NCBI GenBank assembly: GCA_024228495.1
Contig: JAAETJ010001012.1
Coordinates: 1,434-65,433 of the forward strand
From: a bacterium
Lineage (GTDB): Bacteria > Pseudomonadota > Alphaproteobacteria > Rhizobiales > JAKIUO01
Reading direction: 5' to 3'
DNA: 64,000 nt
Positions 37,994-49,245 of the stretch are shown piece after piece; the first letter of the stretch is position 1; each line of letters begins with the position of its first letter. Made by a program: the position numbers and the translations under genes. The notes under the pieces were generated by a model. It made no database searches. It was not told where the DNA came from and worked only from the letters and a program-made list of their open reading frames with translations.

Positions 37994-40372
37994 ATGATCA
38001 GGCACATAATCTGGTTCGACAAGCTGGGCATGGGCGATGTCCCGCTGGTGGGAGGCAAAAACGCCTCGCTTGGCGAAATGGTCAGCGGCCTGAAAAGCAA
38101 GGGAGTGCGCGTGCCGTTTGGCTTCGCTACCACGGCAGACGCCTATCGCGAATTTATTGCCCATAATGATCTCGCCGCCAAGATCGATCGTGAACTTGAC
38201 GAGCTTGACGTTGATGACATAAAAGCCCTGCAAAAAGCCGGGACGGCGATCCGCGCAATGATCCTTGCCGCAACCTTTCCGCAAGAGTTTGAATCAGAGC
38301 TGGCCAGCGCCTATGAACGGCTGCATGAGCTCGGCGGTTCGCAAAGCTCGGTCGCCGTTCGCTCCTCGGCAACCGCAGAAGATTTACCCAACGCCTCGTT
38401 CGCCGGGCAACAAGAAAGCTATCTCAATGTAGTCGGCCTCAATGATGTACGCCTTGCCGTGCATGAAGTCTTTGCCTCACTCTATAATGACCGGGCCATC
38501 GCCTACCGCGTCCATCAAGGCTTTGATCACAAGCTCGTCGCCCTGTCGGCGGGTGTGCAGCATATGGTACGCAGTGATCTGGGTAGCTCGGGAGTGATGT
38601 TTACGCTTGATACAGAATCAGGATTTCGAAAGGCAGTGTTTATAACGGCGGCTTACGGGCTGGGCGAAACCGTTGTGCAAGGAGCCGTCAACCCGGATGA
38701 GTTTTATGTTTTCAAGCCCAATCTGCAAGCCAATCGCCCCGCCATCCTCAAACGGGTACTGGGCAAAAAAGCCATTAAAATGATCTATGCCGACAAGGAT
38801 AGCGCGGACAAGGTGCTGACCATTGACGTGCCAATGGATGAACGTCAGCGTTTTTCCTTAAGCGATGAGCATGTTGAAGAGCTGGCTCGCTACGCGGTAC
38901 TGATCGAGCAACATTATGGCCGCCCCATGGATATAGAATGGGTGCTGGATGGCACGGATCAAAAGCTTTATATCGTGCAGGCGCGTCCCGAAACCGTGGA
39001 GAGCCGCACCGATAGTGCGGTCAGTGTCACCTATAAACTGAGAGGCAGCAGCGATGTGCTCGCAACCGGCCGTGCCATTGGACAGCGGATAGGGGCTGGT
39101 ACCGTGCGCGTGCTCAGTAATCTTGAAGAGATGGACAAGGTCAAGCCAGGGGATATTCTGGTGACCGACATGACCGACCCTGATTGGGAACCCATCATGA
39201 AACGGGCGAGCGGCATTGTCACCAATCGCGGCGGACGCACCTGTCACGCTGCGATCATCGCCAGAGAACTTGGCGTCCCCGCTATTGTCGGCTGCGATAA
39301 CGCCACAAGCACCATTTCTGATGGCATTGAGGCAACCGTTTCATGTGCGCAAGGCGAAGAGGGCCGCGTCTACGCCGATAAACTCGACTTTGAAATCTTG
39401 CGTGCCGATGCTGGCGAGATGCCCAAACTGCCCGTCAAAATCATGATGAATGTTGGCAATCCAAGCCGCGCTTTCACCTTTTCCCAAATGCCCAATGAGG
39501 GTATTGGTCTGGCCCGTCTTGAATTTATGGTGAGCAATACGATTGGCGTGCATCCGCGTGCCTTGATCGAATATGATCAACAGGACGAAGACTTAAAGCG
39601 CCAGATCGACGCAAAGATCTCAGGGTATGATGGGCCTGTTTCCTTTTACGTTGAGAAACTCGTCGAAGGCATCTCGACCCTCGCCGCCGCCTTTGCTGGT
39701 AAACCGGTGATCGTGCGCCTGTCGGATTTCAAATCCAACGAATATGCCAACCTGCTGGGTGGCAAAGGTTTTGAACCCGATGAAGAAAATCCCATGATCG
39801 GTTTTCGTGGCGCCTCGCGCTATATAGCCTCAAGCTTTCGCCCCTGTTTCGAGTTGGAATGTCGGGCCGTCAAACAGGTGCGAAACGAGATGGGGCTGAC
39901 CAATCTGGAAATTATGATCCCGTTTGTACGTACACTTGATGAGGCCAGACAAGTAGTTGATCTGCTCGCGGAAAATGGTTTGAAGCGCGGAGAAAATGAC
40001 TTACGCCTTATCATGATGTGCGAGATCCCCTCAAACGCTTTACTGGCCAATGAATTCCTCGATTATTTCGATGGGTTTTCCATCGGCTCCAATGATTTGA
40101 CCCAGTTAACGCTGGGGCTGGATCGCGACAGTGCACTGGTGGCCGATAGCTTTGATGAACGCAATGGAGCCGTCAAGGCACTGATGGTCATGGCCATAGA
40201 GGCTTGCCAGAAACAGGGTAAATATATCGGCATCTGCGGGCAAGGCCCCTCGGACTATCCAGACCTCGCCGAATGGCTAGCTAATCTTAACATTAGTAGT
40301 TTGTCGCTGAACCCTGATACCGTCACCGACACCTGGCTGCATCTGGCAAAGCACCTGAAAATCGAAGCCTGA
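37994..40372 (+). CDS. ppsA: Phosphoenolpyruvate synthase
   Basis: [73 protein letters not shown]. Confidence 0.97.
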   Translation: MIRHIIWFDKLGMGDVPLVGGKNASLGEMVSGLKSKGVRVPFGFATTADAYREFIAHNDLAAKIDRELDELDVDDIKALQKAGTAIRAMILAATFPQEFESELASAYERLHELGGSQSSVAVRSSATAEDLPNASFAGQQESYLNVVGLNDVRLAVHEVFASLYNDRAIAYRVHQGFDHKLVALSAGVQHMVRSDLGSSGVMFTLDTESGFRKAVFITAAYGLGETVVQGAVNPDEFYVFKPNLQANRPAILKRVLGKKAIKMIYADKDSADKVLTIDVPMDERQRFSLSDEHVEELARYAVLIEQHYGRPMDIEWVLDGTDQKLYIVQARPETVESRTDSAVSVTYKLRGSSDVLATGRAIGQRIGAGTVRVLSNLEEMDKVKPGDILVTDMTDPDWEPIMKRASGIVTNRGGRTCHAAIIARELGVPAIVGCDNATSTISDGIEATVSCAQGEEGRVYADKLDFEILRADAGEMPKLPVKIMMNVGNPSRAFTFSQMPNEGIGLARLEFMVSNTIGVHPRALIEYDQQDEDLKRQIDAKISGYDGPVSFYVEKLVEGISTLAAAFAGKPVIVRLSDFKSNEYANLLGGKGFEPDEENPMIGFRGASRYIASSFRPCFELECRAVKQVRNEMGLTNLEIMIPFVRTLDEARQVVDLLAENGLKRGENDLRLIMMCEIPSNALLANEFLDYFDGFSIGSNDLTQLTLGLDRDSALVADSFDERNGAVKALMVMAIEACQKQGKYIGICGQGPSDYPDLAEWLANLNISSLSLNPDTVTDTWLHLAKHLKIEA

Positions 40373-40445
40373 GGTTTTTGCTTGATCGCTTGGGGTAAAT
40401 CTCAATATTATTCCTAAACTCTCTCACTTGCCCGAACCGGTATCC

Positions 40446-41108
40446 CTACCCCACCACAATCACGTGCAGGTGGCACGGGCCATGGGCACCGGTGATGAGG
40501 GTTTGCTCGATATCGGCGGTACGCGAGGGACCAGAGATAAAATTGACGGTGCGGGGCATTTGCGGGCCGCGCGTGCCCCAGGGTAATTTCAGCCAGGCAT
40601 CTTCATAAGAACCGACAATATCGCGCACACGGATCAGCACAATATTGGTCTCTGGAAGAAAACTAAGGGTCACAGGATTTTCGGGACCAGAGGCGACAAA
40701 CAGGGTGCCAGTTTCAGACACACCGGCAAACGCGTGTGTCAAGGAGAGGACATCTTCTCCAGTTGCCGGTCCCGACATTATTACGAGATCAGATTGCTCG
40801 CTCCAGTCAATTTCGCCAATCAGTTTATCCGCGCCGCATTTAAGCTGATGGGCCAAATCGTTGACAATCATATATCGAGCTACTTCGCTGGCAACGTCCG
40901 CCAATTCTGACAGGTGAGCCACTGTCGCCTCGACGCTTTCAAGCATTTTGATAAAGTTATCAACCAGCTCTGGATGAGAGCGCAATGCTCTTTCGGGGAT
41001 CAGATTGCGCGCATGGTCATCAAGATGTTTGCGCACCACTTCAAGGCGTTCGGGATCACTTGCCGTAACACCAAGAGCGCGGCGAATATTTTTAACAAAA
41101 CCGTTCAC
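40446..41108 (-). CDS. lutC: Lactate utilization protein C (LutC/LldG, LUD domain)
   Basis: ETGTL, LSFLP, ISGPSRTADIEQTL..GAHGP. Confidence 0.9.
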   Translation of the reverse strand: MNGFVKNIRRALGVTASDPERLEVVRKHLDDHARNLIPERALRSHPELVDNFIKMLESVEATVAHLSELADVASEVARYMIVNDLAHQLKCGADKLIGEIDWSEQSDLVIMSGPATGEDVLSLTHAFAGVSETGTLFVASGPENPVTLSFLPETNIVLIRVRDIVGSYEDAWLKLPWGTRGPQMPRTVNFISGPSRTADIEQTLITGAHGPCHLHVIVVG

Positions 41109-42532
41109 AAGCGCCCCTCCCTTTGATGTTTTTTCAGCAAGGACATGAAGGTTTTACCACTGGGGGCTGGCAGGTCTCGGCTATTCGTCCAGCCAGTGGC
41201 CAATGGTAACCAGCGAAAGTTTCGCTTGCACCCTGCAAGTTTTGCAAGCAACGGCATCACTATGCCGGTCATAAATTGATAGAGTCTTGGTCGTTTGGCG
41301 ACAATGACCCAAGCGGTTAGAGAGCTTCGCACCAAAACGGGTAGTCCCCCCCCTTGATGATGTTTTTCGCGCCATTTGCGCATCAGATCCGGCAGCTTGA
41401 TCCCCATGGGACATACCTGTTCACAGCGCCCACATAAACTCGAAGCGTTCGGCAAATCAGCAGCTTCATCAAGACCCAGAAACGAGGGGGTCAAAACAGC
41501 ACCAATGGGGCCTGGATAAACCCAGCCATAGGCATGCCCACCGATTGATTGATAGACCGGGCAGTGGTTCATGCAGGCCCCGCAACGAATACAGCGCAGC
41601 GCCTCAGAAAACTCACCAGCCAGCTGTTCTGTCCGGCCATTATCCAGTAAGACCACATGATATTCTTGTGGCCCATCCAGATCTTGCGAGCGTCTCGGCC
41701 CTGTCGAAAAGGTCGTGTAAGTGGTGATGGATTGCCCCGTTGCGGAGCGTGCCAGCACGCGTACCAACGTGCTCGTATCGTTTAAGGTTGGCACCAGCTT
41801 GTCGATGCTGGTGATGACGATATGAACGGGGGCCAGCGATTGCGTCAGGTCGCCATTGCCCTCATTGGTAACAATCACCGATGAGCCAGTTTGAGCGATA
41901 AGGAAATTGGCACCGGTGATGCCAATGTCAGCATTGATAAATTCACTGCGCAACATGTTACGCGCTTCAAACACAAGCGCGGCCGGGTCGCTAAGATCGC
42001 GCCCCGCAGGCAGCTCCTTGTGCACCCGGCGAAAATCCGCTTCGACCTGATCGGCACCCACATGCACAGCAGGGGCAACGATATGACTGGGGGGTTCGTT
42101 GCGCAACTGGATAATATATTCTCCAAGATCGGTTTCAAGAACCCGCAATCCCGCTTCTTCGAGATGGTCATTGAGACCGATTTCCTCGGCCACCATGCTC
42201 TTGCCCTTGGTAATCAGTCGGGCATTTTTATCGCGGCAAATCTGTAATATCTGCTCGCAGGCATCCGCTGCCGTATGCGCCAAATGCAAATGCCCACCGC
42301 TGGCGACAAGCTGTTTTTCATAGACCTCCAAATAAAGATCCAGATGCTTCAGCGTATGCGTTTTTATGGCTTGGCCCTGCTGACAAAGCTCATCAAATTC
42401 CGGCAATGCAGCTCGCGCTTTTGCTCGTTTTTCGACGAAGCCACGGCCCAATACTTTCAGAGATTTTTGCAAGCGCTGGTTTTTGAGGGCATCTTGAGCA
42501 TTTTCTTTAAAGGAGCCAGCGGTAGATTTCAT
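41105..42532 (-). CDS. lutB: Lactate utilization protein B (LutB/LldF, Fe-S)
   Basis: KGKSMVAEEI, ETDLGEYIIQL, PSHIVAPA, CIRCGACMNHCPVY, SSLCGRC.QVCP. Confidence 0.93.
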   Translation of the reverse strand: MKSTAGSFKENAQDALKNQRLQKSLKVLGRGFVEKRAKARAALPEFDELCQQGQAIKTHTLKHLDLYLEVYEKQLVASGGHLHLAHTAADACEQILQICRDKNARLITKGKSMVAEEIGLNDHLEEAGLRVLETDLGEYIIQLRNEPPSHIVAPAVHVGADQVEADFRRVHKELPAGRDLSDPAALVFEARNMLRSEFINADIGITGANFLIAQTGSSVIVTNEGNGDLTQSLAPVHIVITSIDKLVPTLNDTSTLVRVLARSATGQSITTYTTFSTGPRRSQDLDGPQEYHVVLLDNGRTEQLAGEFSEALRCIRCGACMNHCPVYQSIGGHAYGWVYPGPIGAVLTPSFLGLDEAADLPNASSLCGRCEQVCPMGIKLPDLMRKWREKHHQGGGLPVLVRSSLTAWVIVAKRPRLYQFMTGIVMPLLAKLAGCKRNFRWLPLATGWTNSRDLPAPSGKTFMSLLKKHQREGRL

Positions 42533-43344
42533 TTCTGCTTCCCCTGCTTTGGCCCCTTCATCCCGGCAATTGGCGGCTCATCACTCATACCTGCCAATAT
42601 TTCTGCCACATGACGCACCTCGATAGAGCTGCCATCGCGGGATAGTTTTCCCGCCATATTCATCAAACAACCCATATCGCCGCCTAGTAGCATCTGCGTA
42701 TTCGCAGCTTCTATATTAGCACATTTCTTACTGACCATCGCATCCGAAATTTCGGGATATTTAACGCAGAACATACCGCCAAACCCGCAACAGGCCTCCC
42801 CGTCTGACAACTCCGATAACTCAAGGCCGCGCAAGGAGTTGAGCAATGCCCGCGGCTGCTGTTTGACGTTGAGCTCGCGTAATCCAGCACACGCATCGTG
42901 ATAGGTGATGCGCCCGGCAAAACCCCGGTCAACGCTTTGCAAGCCGCATTTATCGACCAAAAAACTTGTGAGCTCGAAAACCTTGTCTGCAAATGAGATT
43001 GCCCGCTCATACTGGTCGGTGTCTTTTAGCAATTCTGGATAATGGGTTTTCAGCATACCGGCGCAGGACCCGGACGGGGCGACAACATAATCAAAACTCT
43101 CAAAATTCTTGATGACCTCAATGGCAAGCTCTTGGGCGGCCTGGCGATCACCAGAATTATAGGCGGGCTGACCGCAACAGGTCTGGGTCAGTGGCACCGA
43201 CACTTCACAACCCGCTTCTTGCAGCAGTTTCATGGCCGCAAACCCAACCACCGGGCGAAATAGATCCACAAGGCAAGTGACATACAAGGCAACTCTTGGC
43301 AAACCAACTTGCGGGACGTGGAGGGAGTTGATATTTTCGGCCAA
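42529..43344 (-). CDS. lutA: Lactate utilization protein A (LutA/LldE, CCG domains)
   Basis: TCLVD, QTCCGQP.YNSG, PSGSC, YHDAC, CCGFGG; TTG start behind AGGAG. Confidence 0.92.
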   Translation of the reverse strand: MAENINSLHVPQVGLPRVALYVTCLVDLFRPVVGFAAMKLLQEAGCEVSVPLTQTCCGQPAYNSGDRQAAQELAIEVIKNFESFDYVVAPSGSCAGMLKTHYPELLKDTDQYERAISFADKVFELTSFLVDKCGLQSVDRGFAGRITYHDACAGLRELNVKQQPRALLNSLRGLELSELSDGEACCGFGGMFCVKYPEISDAMVSKKCANIEAANTQMLLGGDMGCLMNMAGKLSRDGSSIEVRHVAEILAGMSDEPPIAGMKGPKQGKQK

Positions 43345-43455
43345 GACGTAAAGCTCCTTTTGTAACCTTCCCCTCGCACGATAGTTGAGCTACATCTTAC
43401 AAACAATCGATTTATAAGCAAAATTCAAAGTCCCTGTCAGTTTTCAGAAAATTTT

Positions 43456-43647
43456 ATGTTTGAAGGACCCTATGTGCGGGGCGAGCACAATAGGATTTGC
43501 GACCATTACCTATTCACTTTTACGCAATGGTTGGAGGCCGATAGCGTCGATCCCGACTTGCTGCTAAAAATCAGAGATCACCGGCAAATGATGTTGCAAA
43601 GACAAAGCGTTCAAACAGCATTGGAAGTGCAACTGCAATCCCATTAG
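43456..43647 (+). pseudogene. C-terminal fragment of a glutathione S-transferase
   Basis: GPYV.GE...ICD.YLFT..QWLEAD.VD resembles GST C-terminal helices; no N-terminal domain. Confidence 0.6.
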
Positions 43648-43745
43648 TGATTTGTTAAGGTCGTTAGCAATCTTTACCTCCAATTGTCGCTCCATTAGTT
43701 TTTAGACGCTATAGTTTCAAGCAAGAAAAACGTGGTGGTAATTCA

Positions 43746-45179
43746 ATGAGTTCTAAAAATAAACAATCTATACATCCCTATATTTTGTCAGGGGGTTCAG
43801 GCACACGCCTTTGGCCGCTGTCACGAAAATCCTATCCCAAGCAGTTTTTGAAACTTGTTGGTGAAGACAGTCTGCTGCAACAAACAGCCAAACGCCTGCG
43901 CGGCCCGAATTTTCGCGATCCATCGGTGCTGGCGAACAATGATCACCGCTTTATCATTGCCGAGCAAATGCAGCTGGTGGGTGTCAAACCCAAAGACATT
44001 ATTCTTGAGCCGGTTGGTCGCAACACTGCCCCTGCCGCCCTGGTCGCCGCCCTTCGCAGCGCGCAGCCCGATGAGGATGCCCTTATCTTGCTGCTACCAT
44101 CCGATCACATCATCAAGGACGTAGAAAAATTTCAGGAAACCATATTGTCCGGCATCGCTGATGCCAACAAGGGGCATCTCGTGACCTTTGGCATCAAGCC
44201 AACGGCTCCCGAAACCGGCTATGGTTATATCGAAACAAGCGGCGATCCCCAAATGGCGCTCGACGTGGAACGCTTTGTCGAAAAACCAGTGCGCGCCAAG
44301 GCGAAAGGATATCTGGCGGCTGGTAATTTCTTCTGGAACGCCGGTATCTTCATGTATCGCGCCGGATCAATGATCGAGGCTTTTGCCAATCATGCCCCGC
44401 AGATCCTCAGGCATTGCCGAGCGGCCCTTGAAAAAGCACAAAGTGATCTTGATTTTTTGCGCCTTGATAAACCATCCTATGCGCAATGCGAAAGCATATC
44501 CCTTGACTATGCCATCATGGAAAAAGCCAATGGTATCAAATGCATTCCCCTTGAAACTGACTGGAGTGATCTTGGTGCCTGGTCGGCCATCTGGGATGCC
44601 ATGGACAAAGATAAAAATGGCAATGTCATCAAGGGTGACGTGGTTATTCATAATACAAAAAACAGTTTTATCCAAAGTGCCCACGGCACCTGCCTGTCTC
44701 TGGTTGGACTGGACAATGTGCTGGCCATCGCCACCAAGGATGCGATCTTGCTGGCCAACAAAGATAATGCCCAGGATGTTAAAGCTATCGTTGATAAGCT
44801 GCAGGCGTCAGGACGCACAGAAGCGGTGGAACACCGGCGCGTCTATCGACCGTGGGGCTGGTATGAGCAATTGAGTGCGGGCAACCGCTTTCAGGTCAAA
44901 GTACTGATGGTCAATCCAGGAGCACAACTTTCCTTGCAAAGTCATTACCATCGCGCCGAACATTGGGTCGTGGTCTCTGGTACAGCAGAAGTGCGGGTCG
45001 GCGACAAGATCTCCTTATTATCCGAAAATGAAAGCACCTATATCCCCATCGGCACCCTTCATCGCCTCGGCAATCCGGGTAAACTACCGGCTATGTTGAT
45101 CGAAGTACAATCAGGCTCATATCTTGGCGAAGATGATATCGAGCGCTATGAAGATGATTTTGGCCGCGGCGACAGCTAG
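43746..45179 (+). CDS. manC: Mannose-1-phosphate guanylyltransferase/mannose-6-phosphate isomerase
   Basis: LSGGSGTRLWPLSR..YPKQF, EPVGRNTAPA, FVEKP, WNAGIF, RPWGWY, LSLQSH.HRAEHW, EVQSGSYLGEDDI. Confidence 0.95.
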   Translation: MSSKNKQSIHPYILSGGSGTRLWPLSRKSYPKQFLKLVGEDSLLQQTAKRLRGPNFRDPSVLANNDHRFIIAEQMQLVGVKPKDIILEPVGRNTAPAALVAALRSAQPDEDALILLLPSDHIIKDVEKFQETILSGIADANKGHLVTFGIKPTAPETGYGYIETSGDPQMALDVERFVEKPVRAKAKGYLAAGNFFWNAGIFMYRAGSMIEAFANHAPQILRHCRAALEKAQSDLDFLRLDKPSYAQCESISLDYAIMEKANGIKCIPLETDWSDLGAWSAIWDAMDKDKNGNVIKGDVVIHNTKNSFIQSAHGTCLSLVGLDNVLAIATKDAILLANKDNAQDVKAIVDKLQASGRTEAVEHRRVYRPWGWYEQLSAGNRFQVKVLMVNPGAQLSLQSHYHRAEHWVVVSGTAEVRVGDKISLLSENESTYIPIGTLHRLGNPGKLPAMLIEVQSGSYLGEDDIERYEDDFGRGDS

Positions 45180-45311
45180 CTGCAATTGTGACTGACAAAC
45201 CGGCCATCTTCTAGGGGAACAATCACCCTCATGAAATTCTCTGTCATGCCCGCTTTCAGCACTGATCTATCACCATTCAACTAGTAGCTTGTATAACAAC
45301 CCGGCGCATCA

Positions 45312-45494
45312 TTAGCCGTATAAAATAAGGTGATTTACGTCCTCGCTGGTCATTTCGTGCATCTGTTCATAGATTTGTCGGTTCGCCAAAAAGTCTTGTT
45401 TGAATTTATTGAGATCAACAGAAGCACTACAATCAGATAACGCTAAAAACAAAACAATCAAAACGAGGATTTTTATCTACCTGCTCTCGCGCAT
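45312..45494 (-). pseudogene. Possible eroded lipoprotein gene remnant
   Basis: Manual translation MRESR*IKILVLIVLFLALSDCSASVDL...; signal-like hydrophobic stretch, broken lipobox, internal TAG. Confidence 0.3.
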
Positions 45495-45710
45495 ATTTAT
45501 AGGTGAGCAATATCATCCATTATGAGGTACCTAGCTGTCACGCTGGCGAACAACACGCCGAACCGTTTGCACCAGATTACCACCGAGGGATAATCGCCAG
45601 CTATAATCGTTTATGAAAGAACATAATTCTGGTCGCCAATAGTACTCCAAAGAGGGCCGAGCAATACGAATTTGCTATTTGTCACATTGCTTGATTGTTT
45701 GACGTCACCG

Positions 45711-47348
45711 TTACATATTGACATAGTTTGGCCCCTCACCACCATTTGGTGTCACCCAATTAATATTTTGCCCGGGGTCCTTGATGTCACAGCACTTGCA
45801 ATGAATACAGTTCTGCGCATGGATCAGTAGTTTTTTCTGACCGCGTTGATCGGCCTCAACATATTCATATACGCCAGCCGGGCAATAGCGCACTTCAGGG
45901 CCGTCATAGCGAGCCAGATTGACAGTGAGTGGTGCCTGTTCATCTTTAAGCTGCAAATGGCAGGGCTGATCCTCTTCATGGCTGACTGCCGCAAAGGACA
46001 AATTGGTCGCCTTGTCAAAACTGATGACACCATCAGCTTTGAGATAGAAAATTTCTCGCATGGCAGCAGCTGATTTCAAAGTTTCATGGTCACCATGATG
46101 GTGCAGCGTCCATGGTGCACTGCCCAAAAACATATAAGTATCGAGCGCCGCATGGGCAAGACCGCCCCACAGGCCTCCTTTTGCAAAACCGGGGCGAATA
46201 TTACGCGCTTTAGTCAGTTCGCGCCAGATCCATGAGCTTTCGACCCTTTGTTGCAGATCCAGTTCGAGCGGTGGCTGGTCGCAAGCGATTGCAACAAAAG
46301 CCGCCTCTGCTGCCAACATGCCCGATTTCATGGCCGTATGCGTGCCTTTGATCTTTGCCACATTGAGAAATCCGGCTTCACAACCGATCAGGCAACCACC
46401 AGGAAAGCTCATCTTGGGAATGGACTGTAATCCACCTTCGTTCAAGGCACGCGCGCCATAAGTGATGCGCCGCCCCCCTTCGAGGATTGGTTTGATCGAG
46501 GGATGGAACTTAAAGCGTTGCAGCTCTTCATAGGGCGATAAATGTGGATTAGGGTAGTCAAGGCCAACGATCAAGCCCAGCGACAGCACGTTGTTTTCCT
46601 GATGATAAAGAAAGGAGCCCCCATACGTATCTGATTTCAAGGGCCAGCCAATCGTATGCAGAACCTCTCCAAGCCGGTGGTTTTCCGGTTTGATTTCCCA
46701 CAGTTCTTTAATACCGATGCCATAGATTTGCGGATCGCAATTGGCGCGCAGGTCAAACTTTTCCATCAATTGCTTGCCAAGATGGCCGCGACAGCCCTCC
46801 GCGAAAAAGGTGTAGCTGGCGCGCAGCTCCATACCCCGTTGAAAACTGGGGCCTTTGCTTCCGTCGCGCAAGAGACCCATATCACCGGTGGCGACGCCTT
46901 TGACCGCGCCACCATCATGATAGATAATCGAAGCGGCCGCAAAACCCGGGTAGATCTCAACTCCCAGCGCTTCTGCCTCGATGGCTAGCCAGCGACAAAA
47001 TTCCCCAAGGCTGATAATATAATTGCCTGCATTTCTCATTGATGCTGCAACCGGCAAGGGGAGCGCTTGAGTTTTGGACAGCATCAGAAACTGGTCTTTA
47101 GTGACCTGTGTCTTGAGCGGCGCGTTTCGTTGCTGCCAGTCAGGCATTAGTTCATCAAGCGCCCGTGTTTCAAGGATGGCGCCAGACAAAATATGTGCGC
47201 CTACCTGCGCTCCCTTCTCGACCACACAAACAGAAATCTCGCGCCCATGTTGCAAAGCCAATTGCTTCAATTGGATGGCGGCGGACAGTCCCGCCGGGCC
47301 AGCGCCAACGATCACAATATCAAATTGCATACTCTCGCGACCTGTCAT
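45711..47348 (-). CDS. Electron transfer flavoprotein-ubiquinone oxidoreductase
   Basis: VGAGPAGL, GAHILSGA, AEGCRGHL, GIGIKELW, HTIGWP, YGARALNEGG, KIKGTHTAMKSG, YCPAGVYE, QNCIHCK.CDIKDP. Confidence 0.95.
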   Translation of the reverse strand: MTGRESMQFDIVIVGAGPAGLSAAIQLKQLALQHGREISVCVVEKGAQVGAHILSGAILETRALDELMPDWQQRNAPLKTQVTKDQFLMLSKTQALPLPVAASMRNAGNYIISLGEFCRWLAIEAEALGVEIYPGFAAASIIYHDGGAVKGVATGDMGLLRDGSKGPSFQRGMELRASYTFFAEGCRGHLGKQLMEKFDLRANCDPQIYGIGIKELWEIKPENHRLGEVLHTIGWPLKSDTYGGSFLYHQENNVLSLGLIVGLDYPNPHLSPYEELQRFKFHPSIKPILEGGRRITYGARALNEGGLQSIPKMSFPGGCLIGCEAGFLNVAKIKGTHTAMKSGMLAAEAAFVAIACDQPPLELDLQQRVESSWIWRELTKARNIRPGFAKGGLWGGLAHAALDTYMFLGSAPWTLHHHGDHETLKSAAAMREIFYLKADGVISFDKATNLSFAAVSHEEDQPCHLQLKDEQAPLTVNLARYDGPEVRYCPAGVYEYVEADQRGQKKLLIHAQNCIHCKCCDIKDPGQNINWVTPNGGEGPNYVNM

Positions 47349-47601
47349 TGTCCAAACGATCCTTCGTCAAATGATGACTAACCGAAATACCCGCAGCTCA
47401 CTCATCTTCTTATACAAAAATCTGGAGGATTTCAGATCTTAAATAGAGACCATTATGGATTCAAGCATGATAACCGTTAGACGGTGATAAAATAGCTATC
47501 GATGACCCTTCAAGCTCGAAATATCTAGATGAGTTATAGGAATGTCGCTACAAGATCCCTTCGCATGATTTTGCGTAGCGAGACAATAGAGTGGAACAGA
47601 T

Positions 47602-48006
47602 ATGGATAATTGTATTTTTTGTAAAATAATCAAGGGCGAGGTGTCTGATTTAATCATCAACGAGACCGACGATATTATCACCATCTTGTCGCTGGAAGGG
47701 CACCCGTTGATTATCCCCAAACAACATATTGAGAATATTTACGGCTTAGAGCCAGACATTGCCTCGCAAATCATGCGTGAAGCCGTGACCATGGCCAAAG
47801 CGGTCCGCGAGACCACCGGGTGCACCGGTCTCAACCTCATTCAATCAAATGGACATGATGCGGGACAGGAAGTTTTTCACTTTCATCTGCATGTCAGACC
47901 GCGCTGGAAAAATGACGGTATCGAAGCGACCTGGAATACCGCGGAACTAGACCGGAAAAAAAGACAGGTGTTATCAGATAAGCTTCTTGAATATTTTGAA
48001 AGCTGA
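47602..48006 (+). CDS. HIT family protein
   Basis: CIFCKII, GH.LIIPK.H, AGQEVFHFHLHV.PR. Confidence 0.92.
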   Translation: MDNCIFCKIIKGEVSDLIINETDDIITILSLEGHPLIIPKQHIENIYGLEPDIASQIMREAVTMAKAVRETTGCTGLNLIQSNGHDAGQEVFHFHLHVRPRWKNDGIEATWNTAELDRKKRQVLSDKLLEYFES

Positions 48007-48069
48007 TGGAGGGGGCAGGCTAACATAACTCCAATGCCATTGATTTGGACAATCTGCGGTTCGGTCACA

Positions 48070-48243
48070 CATTCATCACAGGCAACAAGGCGTATGACGT
48101 GCTGGTCGGCGAGCGCGATGTCAAGCTATCGGGTGGTCAACGCCAGCGCATCGCCATTGATTGTCCGCATATTCCTCAAAGACGCGCCCATCTTGTTGCT
48201 GAATGAAGCAACACCGTCGCTCGACAGCGAGGTCGAGAGATGA
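48070..48243 (+). pseudogene. Frameshifted fragment of an MsbA-like ABC exporter ATPase domain
   Basis: YDVLVGERDVKLSGGQRQRIAI in one frame, then RIFLKDAPILLLNEATPSLDSEVE in another. Confidence 0.8.
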
Positions 48244-48364
48244 GCGGACAAAACGAAAATGACCCCACAAGGGGGGCAGAACCAATTAAGAAATTTTGAA
48301 TGGAAGCTGATGAATCTTCAATTTTGACGCCAGCATGTTTCGGCAGTATTATGCGTGCCGTGCC

Positions 48365-48874
48365 TTAAACAGGAACCTTGCGAGCACCTTTGATATCTGG
48401 CGGTGCAATGATCGCCCCACCGGCTTCGAATTCTTCATCGGTTGGCTCACGCACTGTCAATATCTCCAGTGTAAAAATGGCTTCTCTGCCGCAAAGCGGG
48501 TTATTGCCATCAACAGTCAGTGACTTGTCATTCATCCTTGTCACGATAAAATTCTTGGACTCACCCTTTTCATTTTGCGTAACAATAGTAGCGCCGATCT
48601 CATGGAATTCCTTTGGAACATTGTCAATGTGATCGGTGAACACCAGCGACTCATCCCTAGGGCCATAGATTTTACTGCAATCAATTGGTACGTCAATGAT
48701 ATCGCCAGCAGATTTGCCTACGAGCTCGGTAAGGATAGCTGGCAACAAGACGTCATTGTGGCCATGCACATAACTCAGCGGAAATTCAACCTCACTGAGT
48801 ATTTGGCCTGTTTTTTGATCGACCACCTTGAAGGCAAGTTCGACAAATTTGTTGTCTTGTATCGTTTCGCTCAT
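48365..48874 (-). CDS. FKBP-type peptidyl-prolyl isomerase (SlyD-like)
   Basis: PLSYVHG, L.GK..GD, YGPRDESLV, VDGNNPLCGR...F.LEI..VR; likely start ATG 48874 (MSETI). Confidence 0.85.
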   Translation of the reverse strand: MSETIQDNKFVELAFKVVDQKTGQILSEVEFPLSYVHGHNDVLLPAILTELVGKSAGDIIDVPIDCSKIYGPRDESLVFTDHIDNVPKEFHEIGATIVTQNEKGESKNFIVTRMNDKSLTVDGNNPLCGREAIFTLEILTVREPTDEEFEAGGAIIAPPDIKGARKVPV

Positions 48875-48970
48875 ATCAAATTCGCAACTAGGTCCATCTG
48901 GATGATGTCGACGGGGATTTTGCGGCCACGCGAACAAAAAGATCGCGTGGCCGTATCATATCAAGCTTAC

Positions 48971-49129
48971 TTATGGTTTTTTTGGTGTTTGGTATTTTTG
49001 TTCTTTCTGGAAGGGTTCCCAGATAAGATCGTACCCAACATAACCCTTTTCATTTGGCTTCATCTGACGGGTTGTCAGGAAGCGAGACTTGCCATCAGGA
49101 ACTTTTGCTTTGGGGTCTACGTTACCCAT
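48971..49129 (-). CDS. Small hypothetical protein (52 aa), absent from the ORF track
   Basis: Manual translation MGNVDPKAKVPDGKSRFLTTRQMKPNEKGYVGYDLIWEPFQKEQKYQTPKKP; strong SD AGAGGTGA; co-oriented within the apr cluster. Confidence 0.7.
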   Translation of the reverse strand: MGNVDPKAKVPDGKSRFLTTRQMKPNEKGYVGYDLIWEPFQKEQKYQTPKKP

Positions 49130-49245
49130 ATATCACCTCTTTCATTTTAGCCGGGACAGCCGCTGCAAGATACATGCAGCTGAAAACAAACCCGACATCT
49201 TAAATTCATTGTCTTTCGAAGTCGAAATACTTGGTTCAGGGGCAG

